Origin: Methanobacteriota archaeon
GTDB lineage: Archaea > Thermoplasmatota > Thermoplasmata > SG8-5 > JAGLSY01
Direction: 5' to 3'
NCBI GenBank assembly: GCA_020697715.1
Contig: JAEHCO010000002.1
Location: 192,001 to 256,000 of the forward strand
Length of the DNA: 64,000 bases
Notes under the pieces: model-generated
Seen by the model: the letters and a program-made list of their open reading frames with translations, nothing else
Told to the model about the DNA's origin: nothing
Database searches by the model: none
Position numbers and translations under genes: made by a program
Part shown: positions 19,949-28,700 of the stretch, one piece after another
Layout: every line of letters begins with the position of its first letter
How positions within the stretch are numbered: the first letter of the stretch is position 1

Positions 19949-20512
19949 ATGGAACTTCTTGAACAGGAGATAAGGAAAGCTCCAATTGCCCGATTCGGAG
20001 ATTATGAGTATTTTATTTCTCCAATATCTGATGGCATACCTCATATCACCCCTGAATTGCTCGAGGAAGTGACCGGGGAGATCATCCAGATAGGCGATCT
20101 CAATTGCGATAAAATAGTCACGATCGAAGCAATGGGGATACATCTGGCAACAGCACTTTCTCTAAGAACAAGACTTCCCTTCAATGTCATCAGAAAGAGA
20201 AAGTATGGTCTGGAGGGTGAGATAGAGTTCCAACAGAGAACAGGATATTCCAAACAAGCCATGTATGTAAATGGCCTGGAAAAGGGCGACAGGGTCGTTA
20301 TGATCGATGATGTCATAAGTACTGGAGGAACACTCCGAGGAATTATCCCCGTTCTCAAAAATGCAGGGGTCGAGATCGTTGATATCATCATCGTTATCAA
20401 TAAAGGGAATGGTAAGGCCGAGATCGAAGAGGAATTTGGCATAAATATCAAGACATTGGTGGATGTCAATATCATCAATGGAAGGATAGAGGTTATGGGT
20501 AGTCGAAATTAG
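19949..20512 (+). CDS. hpt: archaeal hypoxanthine/guanine phosphoribosyltransferase
   Basis: YEYFISPISDGIP, EAMGI, RKRKYGL, TGYSK and IDDVISTGGT. Confidence 0.85.
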   Translation: MELLEQEIRKAPIARFGDYEYFISPISDGIPHITPELLEEVTGEIIQIGDLNCDKIVTIEAMGIHLATALSLRTRLPFNVIRKRKYGLEGEIEFQQRTGYSKQAMYVNGLEKGDRVVMIDDVISTGGTLRGIIPVLKNAGVEIVDIIIVINKGNGKAEIEEEFGINIKTLVDVNIINGRIEVMGSRN

Positions 20513-20663
20513 GGCAGTTGGGGTAATTTCCCCCTCCGCATGCAAATGACTCCAATATTATGGTGATTTTCACCCATAAATTGAACCAATTCTGCGAAAG
20601 GCTTATATTCTTGTGCCAATATAAGATGAGAATATCTAATAGATCTTACTGGAGTGAGTTGAT

Positions 20664-21542
20664 TTGGAGCTAGCAGAGGAATTGGTCGATAAGAGAGAAC
20701 AATGCAATATCGATGCAGAGGCGCATAAAGCGGCAAGGAACCGCTTAAATGACCAGACCAAACATTGGGTCGAAGAGAGGGATAAATACAATGCCCTGAC
20801 CCGAGAGCTTATAGAAGAGGCAAATCAACACAGGACCAATAGAGACGATCTGAATGTCGAGGTCAAGGCCGCGAAGGTGGACCGAGATGTCTGGAATAAG
20901 AAGGTCAATGAATATGCGGAGAAGCTGGCAAAGAAGAAAAGAGAGAAAATGCCAAGGAAAGGGCCTTCCATATCCATGCTAAAGAAGAAGCTGAGAGCTC
21001 TGGAATTCCAGCAGATGACCAGTGTTTTGACCTCAGATAAAGAAAAAACTCTGATCGAAGCTATGTCTGTCGTTATGAAGGAGATCAAGGATCTGGAAGA
21101 TTCCATTGAAGAGGATGAAGAAGTAGTGACCCTCTTGAATGAATCAAAAGAAGCAAGAGATAAGGCCGAGCATTATCACAAGCTCGTCGGAGAACTTGCT
21201 GAAAGCGCCCAGAGAGAGCATGACAGTATGATGGCAATTTATGAGAAATCCGATGCTCTGCGCAAGAAGGCTGACAAGGCACAGGAAGAATTCATCAAGA
21301 CAAAGATGTTGGCTGATGAAGAACACAGGCTTCATATAGAATTCATACGCCAGGTTCATGATTATGATAAGATAGTCACTGGAATAAAACAGAAAGAAGG
21401 TGGCGAAGAAGAAAGTGGCGGCGGATTCTACTCGATCAAGGATGCCAAAGTGGCAGCTGGAGAGATCTACGAGAGGTTCAAGAAGGGTGAGAAGCTCAGC
21501 ACAGAGGATCTCATGCTACTTCAGCAATCTGGCTATTTGTAA
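20664..21542 (+). CDS. conserved archaeal coiled-coil protein (COG1340-like)
   Basis: Long E/K/R heptads, LEFQQMTSVL..KE and C-terminal FKKGEKLSTEDL.LLQ. TTG start after GGAGTGAG. Confidence 0.75.
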   Translation: MELAEELVDKREQCNIDAEAHKAARNRLNDQTKHWVEERDKYNALTRELIEEANQHRTNRDDLNVEVKAAKVDRDVWNKKVNEYAEKLAKKKREKMPRKGPSISMLKKKLRALEFQQMTSVLTSDKEKTLIEAMSVVMKEIKDLEDSIEEDEEVVTLLNESKEARDKAEHYHKLVGELAESAQREHDSMMAIYEKSDALRKKADKAQEEFIKTKMLADEEHRLHIEFIRQVHDYDKIVTGIKQKEGGEEESGGGFYSIKDAKVAAGEIYERFKKGEKLSTEDLMLLQQSGYL

Positions 21543-21587
21543 ATTATCACCTAAACGATTTTAGATAATTGCCCGAACAATGATAAT

Positions 21588-21818
21588 GCAGAGCATATTC
21601 TCAGCAATGTATATTCGGATCCATGTGAGCATGCCCCGTCTGGATAATTTATATAATATTCATTAGGGCGGGGTACTCTCAGTTGTATGCTAACGAGTGA
21701 CAGTTGCGATGTGCCAGCAGAGAAATAAACTCCTCGCTTTCAAATGCGAGGAGTCAAATCAATCCCCGCCAAGAGTTCAACGAAGGGCGGGGTCTTTATC
21801 CATACCAGTTTAACAAAC
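21588..21818. repeat. multi-hairpin intergenic element A, copy 1
   Basis: Shares ordered blocks GCAGAGCAT, AGCATGCCCCGTC, CGGGGTACTCTCAGT, GAGTGACAGTT, AGTCAAATCAA, CCCCGCC, TTATCC and AACAAAC with 22884-23090. Confidence 0.8.
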
Positions 21819-21948
21819 GGACACTACACACTGTCGCACACAGCTTAACAAACAAACCTAAAATGCCTGGGCCTGCTTAACAAATGAACCCAATACACCA
21901 TCAAAACACCATAAAACACAAGCTATCCAAATAGAATATATGAAAAGT

Positions 21949-22071
21949 GGCTGACAGCGTTCTGCGGTTCCCGTGGACTCTCGTACCACAGTACAGCGCA
22001 GAACGCAGGTGGGCTTAACTTCTGGGTTCGGAATGAGACCAGGTGTGGCCCCACCGCTTTGACCGTCAATC
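21949..22071 (-). rRNA. rrf: 5S ribosomal RNA (stand-alone)
   Basis: Minus strand reads GATTGACGGTCAAAGCGG...CTCATTCCGAACCCAGAAGTTAAGCC...GTACTGTGG...GGGAA...CTGTCAGCC. It contains the CCGAAC loop and its termini pair. Confidence 0.95.
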
Positions 22072-22093
22072 CAAGCCATGCATAACGCTTTTC

Positions 22094-22101
22094 TATATAA
22101 A
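22094..22101 (-). promoter_or_regulatory. TATA box of 5S rRNA gene
   Basis: TTTATATA on the minus strand about 23 nt upstream of the mature 5S 5' end. Confidence 0.65.
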
Positions 22102-22278
22102 GATTCCCCATTAACCGTACCGAATCAAACTCATTACCTGCATCAATCAAATACAGATTTGATAAAATAAATGCGCAGGTTCTATGGATTAAGTCGCATT
22201 TAAAACCCTTATCCTAAAATATAGGCCATCTGTTTTGTAAGTCCATAATAATTTATACATCAGACCCAATGAACTATC

Positions 22279-22872
22279 ATGACCCACGATCACTCTCATG
22301 GCGACAAGAAATTCGATCCAGCCGGAAAGAAAAGGCTGGATGACCCAGGCCGTAAGTTGATAATGGACCCGGATAAGATATTGCCGCAGCTGGACATATT
22401 GAAAGGCCAGCTGGTCGCGGACATTGGTGCCGGGACTGGTTATTTCTCAGTCCCGTTCGCTGATTTTGTCGGTCCCAGTGGAAAAGTATATGCGATCGAT
22501 ATCAGCCAGAGTATGCTGGATTCTCTACTGGAAAAAGCAGAGGCCAGGGGCATACGGAACATTGTCCCTGTGCTTTCAGAGGAGGACACAATTCCGATAG
22601 ATGACGGAATTGTGGATATGGCCTTCATGTCCATGGTGCTTCACGAGCTGGACGGTGACGGCACACTTCAGGAGGTGCGCCGGATATTGAGGCCCGGCGG
22701 AAGACTGGCCGTACTGGATTGGAGGAAAAAAGAAACAGAGGACGGTCCTCCATTGTGGCATCGGCTCAGCCAGGAAGAAGCGATTGAAAAATGCGAGAAA
22801 GCCGGCTTTGCTTTCTCAAAAATATTCGATACAAGCCCGGGTATGTATGGGCTTGTCTTTGGGAAGAAATGA
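22279..22872 (+). CDS. class I SAM-dependent methyltransferase
   Basis: VADIGAGTG, YAIDIS..ML, VLHE and RILRPGG. Confidence 0.9.
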   Translation: MTHDHSHGDKKFDPAGKKRLDDPGRKLIMDPDKILPQLDILKGQLVADIGAGTGYFSVPFADFVGPSGKVYAIDISQSMLDSLLEKAEARGIRNIVPVLSEEDTIPIDDGIVDMAFMSMVLHELDGDGTLQEVRRILRPGGRLAVLDWRKKETEDGPPLWHRLSQEEAIEKCEKAGFAFSKIFDTSPGMYGLVFGKK

Positions 22873-22883
22873 GTTACATCAAG

Positions 22884-23090
22884 ATTTGTTAGCAGAGCAT
22901 TTTGTATTCAAGCATGCCCCGTCCCGAGAGACGCAGGGTCGGGGTACTCTCAGTGATGTGCCAGTGAGTGACAGTTACGATGTACTAGCAAAAAAATTAA
23001 CTGCTCGCTTTAAAATAGCGAGCAGTCAAATCAAACCCCGCCCCGATTAAAGCAGGGGCGGAGTCCTTATCCTCACCCAGCTCAACAAAC
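22884..23090. repeat. multi-hairpin intergenic element A, copy 2
   Basis: Same block order as copy 1. Ends ATTTGTTAGC / GCTCAACAAAC form an imperfect inverted repeat. Confidence 0.8.
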
Positions 23091-23105
23091 TATTTTCTCA
23101 GTAAT

Positions 23106-23145
23106 TTATATGAGCTTTCCCCAGGAATGCTCAACATTACATCCC
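23106..23145 (-). repeat. exact 40-bp duplicate of the 3' end (including stop) of the gene at 23254-24384
   Basis: TTATATGAGCTTTCCCCAGGAATGCTCAACATTACATCCC occurs at 23106-23145 and 23254-23293. Confidence 0.97.
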
Positions 23146-23253
23146 TGATACACCCCCACTTTTTTCTTTACCTTCGCTGTGCTGGCTTACCCTCCAAAGA
23201 AAAAAGACGGACAAAATAAGAAACTCGGGTAAGCCTGCTCGCTCAGGATTTGC
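23146..23253 (-). mobile_element. structured ~110-nt element B, copy 1 (putative non-autonomous element or ncRNA)
   Basis: Homologous to 47276-47385, with an identical 34-nt core TCCAAAGAAAAAAGACGGACAAAATAAGAAACTC. Bracketed by the 40-bp direct repeat. The mobile-element label is an inference. Confidence 0.65.
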
Positions 23254-24384
23254 TTATATGAGCTTTCCCCAGGAATGCTCAACATTACATCCCATATGCC
23301 CAAGATCCTCTCTCTGCACAGTGAGGGTTCCATCCAGCTTCCTGAAAGTGAAGTCATCCACTTCTGCCGGATATTCATTGTAATAGAGAATGGACCTCAT
23401 GCCCCATCTTCTGGGCTGTTGGAACCTCCAATAGGCTCTGGCATAGGCCTGTATCTTGATGAACATCTCCTTCTCATCATCCTTGCCAGATACGTAGAAG
23501 ACTGGCAAGCCTCTCTCGACCTCATGCTTGATCTTGATGTCCTTCTTATCGAAAAGGAAGAGCTCCTTTGTGGGGTGGTGATAGAATCTCATGTTCTTTG
23601 ATAATCGAATATCACCCCAGTCCAGCATGGATGTTGGCTTTTCAGTTGTGCGGAATATCTGTGGCCCGAAGAAGGGATTGAAGTATTCGAAATAGCTGCC
23701 ATCCTCACCGTGGCCGATACCCCAGTACCAGGTTGGTGCTGGCGCATTCACGGTCACACGTTGCTCATAGGCGGTTCCTTCAACAGGCTGGCCGTCAATG
23801 GTGCCTTTCATCTTCATGCCGTATATCTTGAGGATATTGTATCCCATCTTTTTGGTGTACTGGCGTTCATTGAAGCGATGCTCCTGCATGTAATCATTCC
23901 AGGGCGTCATCTCGAAATGAAAATCATTCTTGTCGTCCTTGACATTGACCGTGTATTTGTCTGGCCCTCCGAAGAAGCGGTAGTCCGCGCCTTCTACAAG
24001 TGGCTTGAGTTCGCCTTCTTCTCCATCATGGCGAACTTCGAAGTCCATTTCCTTAAGGACCAGAGGGTCGTGCATCTCCTTTCCATCATACCACCAGGCT
24101 GCTGTCATGCCATTGAATCGCATGACACCATCTTCTTTTGTCGTGGGCAGCTGTTTGAGCTTCCATTTCATGTCCATGACCTTGATGTCATCAGTGTATT
24201 TCGTTGACCAGAGTATCATGAACTGCTTTGTCCTGCCAGGATTGTCAGGGTCTTTTATGAAGAATATCCACCACCACCACCACCAGGTGAGATTGGGCAA
24301 CATATTGTCTGTTTTCAATACCCAGATGTTCTCATACGGCTTGTGAGCTTCAGATTCGATTTCATTGACCATTAACATGGACAT
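23254..24384 (-). CDS. hypothetical aromatic-rich beta protein, possibly tocopherol-cyclase/CrtC-like fold
   Basis: 376-aa ORF with WWWWWWIFF near the N-terminus, G.IDG..V.G.AY.Q.V, WYWG and terminal EHSWG. The fold call is an inference. Confidence 0.55.
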   Translation of the reverse strand: MSMLMVNEIESEAHKPYENIWVLKTDNMLPNLTWWWWWWIFFIKDPDNPGRTKQFMILWSTKYTDDIKVMDMKWKLKQLPTTKEDGVMRFNGMTAAWWYDGKEMHDPLVLKEMDFEVRHDGEEGELKPLVEGADYRFFGGPDKYTVNVKDDKNDFHFEMTPWNDYMQEHRFNERQYTKKMGYNILKIYGMKMKGTIDGQPVEGTAYEQRVTVNAPAPTWYWGIGHGEDGSYFEYFNPFFGPQIFRTTEKPTSMLDWGDIRLSKNMRFYHHPTKELFLFDKKDIKIKHEVERGLPVFYVSGKDDEKEMFIKIQAYARAYWRFQQPRRWGMRSILYYNEYPAEVDDFTFRKLDGTLTVQREDLGHMGCNVEHSWGKLI

Positions 24385-24467
24385 AGGGACTGGCTAAATA
24401 AATATTTTCTATGATAAATTATAGTGTTAACATCACATAAATATCAAAAGATGATCGATTAAAATAA

Positions 24468-25478
24468 CTAAGGGGAGACGCCACTATCGCCTATGACGAC
24501 ATTGAAATAAGCTTGATTTATGGTCAATGCCGATATTTTGTCGCTGTTAATTCCTAGACTTACTATCTCGGTTGGATCATCGTCATAAGTGGTATTGATC
24601 CAATTTTTGGTGAGGGTGTATTCCGTTCCATCTGCGAAATTATATTTTGCCATCGTATTATTCAGATACGAATACCACGCGCTTCCATAATGAGTGGTCT
24701 GGTTCACATAGATCCAGCCAGTAAGTGCATCTGTTGGGACTGACGCAGTGCTATCCACATCATCATAAGTGGCAGTGGTTGCAGATCTGAGATAAGTGGT
24801 AATTCCTCTATTGTCAAATCCATTGAAGGTCTGATTATTGCCGATCATGGATATCTGGGTGATGACCATGTTATATCTGCTTCCTTCCTGTCTAAAGGTG
24901 ATCTGAGGGGGTGCTTTAACAAGTTCTCCCTCTTTCTGGCTGAGAATTATCGCATCATTCTCATAAACCATGGTCTGGATAACGAAATACCTGTTTGGAA
25001 CAAGAAGTCTGACCATTCCACTGGAATTGCTCCAGAACATACGGTTGCCATCCTCTGGGCTACTAGCACCAGTTACATTGTACACCCAGTTGATCTCTGA
25101 TTTTGAATCTGCCGGGTCTGGATTGACCGATAATTGTCCCATCGTGGGAGCCGCGAACATTGGTATACCCTGCGCTCCCAGGGTTACTGGTGAATAAAGT
25201 GAGACATCGTACTTCCCCATCATTCCTGCCAGTATCTGAATATTGATACTGTGTTTCAGGGTGGCGAACTCTCCTTCCACATCATTCATGTGTGTTGCCT
25301 CATTATCCTCCATCCAGATGGGGACATATTGGTTCATGAACATTGATAAGAATGTGAGAAATATCATCATCGCCATGATGGTACCTATGGTGGAGGATAC
25401 GCCCTCATCATCCCACGATAAGCGGCGGGTCAATCGCTTTATATTGTGACCCTTATTGTTAGAATTCTTCGATAACAT
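24468..25478 (-). CDS. archaeal type IV pilin-like protein (class III signal peptide)
   Basis: RRLSWDDEG|VSSTIGTIMAMMIFLTFL, VPIW...EATHM and YFVIQTMVYENDAII. ATG at 25478 preferred over the TTG at 25502. Confidence 0.75.
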   Translation of the reverse strand: MLSKNSNNKGHNIKRLTRRLSWDDEGVSSTIGTIMAMMIFLTFLSMFMNQYVPIWMEDNEATHMNDVEGEFATLKHSINIQILAGMMGKYDVSLYSPVTLGAQGIPMFAAPTMGQLSVNPDPADSKSEINWVYNVTGASSPEDGNRMFWSNSSGMVRLLVPNRYFVIQTMVYENDAIILSQKEGELVKAPPQITFRQEGSRYNMVITQISMIGNNQTFNGFDNRGITTYLRSATTATYDDVDSTASVPTDALTGWIYVNQTTHYGSAWYSYLNNTMAKYNFADGTEYTLTKNWINTTYDDDPTEIVSLGINSDKISALTINQAYFNVVIGDSGVSP

Positions 25479-25713
25479 GAGGTAATTCCACCACTTCTTC
25501 AATTAAGCAAATCTGCTATTTATATGTATCGTGGAATATAGATTTCACCATAAGTAATACGCTGTTTTCGAGTACACTGGCATATATTAATTTCAAATAT
25601 TTTATACAGACTAATTATTGATTAAATAATGATTATTATTGGGTTATAACCACTATATTATTATATACTCTGTGCAAGATACACTATACTATAGAGGCAG
25701 AGAAGGTGATTCT

Positions 25714-28700
25714 TTGAAGAGGAGAATAAGCAGAAAATTAGTTTGGGATGATAGAGGTGTCAGCGAGGTTGTAGGTACGATCTTAATGCTGGCCATAACC
25801 GTTGTACTTTTTTCGAGCATAACCATGTGGGTGAGCAGTATGCCAGAGCCACAGGGTCGCATATATCTCGATATCGAAGGCAGAATTGTCCCTGAAGATA
25901 TAAATGACATTACTCAAGGTGCGGAGATACGTCTATTGCATGTGGGTGGTGTAGATCTCGATAATTTTTGGACAACATTGGTCGTGAAGATCGATGGCAC
26001 GCGTACCATACTGGATATGGAAGACAGCACCACTCCTCTTGGTGATTTTTGGGAAGCCACAGAGACATGGACCTATGATATTGCTGCAGGAGTTCTCACC
26101 AATAACTCTGATGTAAGTGTCTCCATAGTCGATAGGGACGTGGATACCCAGGTATGGGAAGGTTCCCTGATGGGAGAGAACACATGGTTCGAGCCAATAA
26201 TCATGAATGTCTGGATAGACTCAGACCTTGTAAGTGAATTCCCGGATCCTGGTCCTATACTATATTCACCGACTGAATTCATGATATTTGCTCAAATAAT
26301 CGATCCAGAGGGCGACCATCCCGATCATGGATTGAACATAACCAATGTGTGGGTCAATATGACGCCAATTGGTAGAGGCTATGTCCAGTTAACCGATGGT
26401 GATTCCGATAATGTATTTACTGGCACTATACAGGGACCAACTGGTGACTTTGGTATAGGTTACTATGAATTTGTGGTCAATGCCACTGATTATGATGGTA
26501 AGTATGTGGAACAGACATTCAAATTCTCTGTAGGTGGCGATGTTGGGCAGAATCCTCAAATAATCGTTGGTAAGAACAACATTACCTCGGGCGAGAAATA
26601 TATTTGGACTGTGCCAGAGAATCCACTTCATGGAGATACGGTCCAGCTATATGCCAAGATCAGGAACCGCGGGGGAGCTGGAGCCATGGTGGATATAAAT
26701 TTCTGGGATAATACAACTGGAACGAATATCAGCACGGTCCAGGCTTTGATCAACTTTGGAGATTACATTGTGTCCACGCCTTGGCTGGCAAGCCCTGGTG
26801 GATTGCATAATATCACAGTGAATGCCACCGTGAATGAGACCTGGTCCATAAAAAATGGAATATCTGAATTAATTGTCATTGATAATCAAAATAGTACTGA
26901 GGTCATAGTTCTACCGACCATCCTTCTGGTGGATGATGATGCGCATATGAACGATGGCAGTCTGGCGGATACGTCCGCATTCATGCGCGCCTCTCTTGAA
27001 GCCTCTGATTTCAATTATGATTTCACTGTTGTGAGCACAGGTGGGGATGGTCCTGCCTATAATGAAGGTGATTATCGTTTGGAGGAATACGATATCGTGA
27101 TCTGGATGACGGGCTATGAAAAGTCCTATACCTTGAAGGTCAGTGATATGGAGAATATCTGGGCATTCCTGAACAATAGTGGAAGTCTCTGGGTCATCGG
27201 AGAAGGGATATTCGAGGATCCCGTTGTGACAGACCTATTCCTTAGCGACCTTCATGCCACAAGAAAAACAGGTCCCAATCCTAATCCTGTAGATGTATAT
27301 GATCTTAAAGATAGGGACATTTGGGGAATGGCTGGGCATAATGTGACTGATTATTTCTCAGTTAAGAATATCACATTGAGAGAGAGGATAGATGGCTTCT
27401 CAGATGGATATGACCTCGGTTGGGGCTCTGGAGAATTTGCCCTTTTGAACAATGATACAGCTGCTGACATAATACTGGCTACTAATTACAGTGATGATGC
27501 AGGCTTAGGAATGAGAATATTCACCCAATCCTTTGAATTCTCCATGATAGAGACCACGGCGGATATGGCTCAACTTTCATACAAGGTCATCACCTGGCTT
27601 GGAAGGATAGATATGAAGTTCGGAAGGGATCTTGCGGTCTCGGAGCAATTCATATCACCATCCACCGTGTTCTATCAACAGCCAGTTACCATAACTGGTG
27701 TGATACGTAACAATGGTTTTGCCATAGAACCATCTGTCAATTGGTCACTGACCATTACAGAGCCTGATGGGACTGAATGGAACTTCAAAAGCACAGACCC
27801 AACCGATGAAGACGGTAATGTGTCTTTGGGCATTGGGCAGGATAATTCATACACTATAATCAGGGAATGGACACCCCGTTTAGTTGGTATTCACACTATT
27901 GTCTTTGAGGTCGATCCAGATAATCAGATAATCGAGACCAATGAGGATAATAATGTGTTATCTGACCTGCTTGAGTCTGGTGAGATTAATGTTCAATACA
28001 TTGTACTGGTTGTGAACGATGAATCAATTGGTGGGATAAATGAAACTGGGAATATTACAAGCGCTCTTGATTCATTGAACTATGATTATGACCTTATCAA
28101 TGGGACTGAGGCCAATGATACCACACTCACGAAATACAATGCCATCATCTGGGTCGGAGGAGATACTTTTGATCCATTGTCTACTGAGCAACAGGAGAAT
28201 ATCACTCTTTATCTTAATGCAAATGGTCGATTCTGGCTGACTGGCAGGGATTGTGTTGGCGATGACATAGATACCGATTTAGAGATAGATTATTTCCAAT
28301 TGAATACCATAACGACAAATGTGGCAATGCCATCAACATTACAAGGTTTGGACACAAACCCCTTGGCTCCAAACCCGATCACACATGGTATGAAATACGA
28401 ATCGAATGGAACTCATGATTGTGACTCGATAACTGGATCATCGGCAGATAATGTGACTGGTATATTATATCAAGATAAAACTGCTGGGATCAATGGAACA
28501 TTCAATGGCATCAGTTATGACAGCGGGACATACCGAACCGTGGTAACGACCTTTGCCATTAACTCGCTCAATTCCACTGATGACAGAGAGGAACTGGTCT
28601 TCATGATCCTCCACTGGTTCGATAAGCCAGATGAGAGAACCGAGCTCAGAATAACCGATTCAGATATCAAGATAAGGGATTCTGTGGGTATAATGACACA

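Noticed and set aside
21806-21885. Mini CRISPR array
   Set aside because: The repeats are only 13 nt and imperfect, with three copies, about 20-nt spacers and no cas genes in the window.
21858-22150. ORFs 21858-22079 and 21923-22150
   Set aside because: They overlap the 5S rRNA gene and its promoter.
23106-23293. Diversity-generating retroelement TR/VR pair
   Set aside because: The repeats are short and identical, the flanking differences are not adenine-specific, and no RT or Avd gene is nearby.
22784-23378. ORFs 22784-23050 and 23187-23378 (and 47298-47576) as element-encoded proteins
   Set aside because: They start inside real genes in other frames, have no recognisable motifs and merely run into the repeats.
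25639-25713. 5' extensions in the ORF track (also 14279-14293, 47959-48027, 57802-57843)
   Set aside because: Downstream starts fit SD motifs or family N-termini better.
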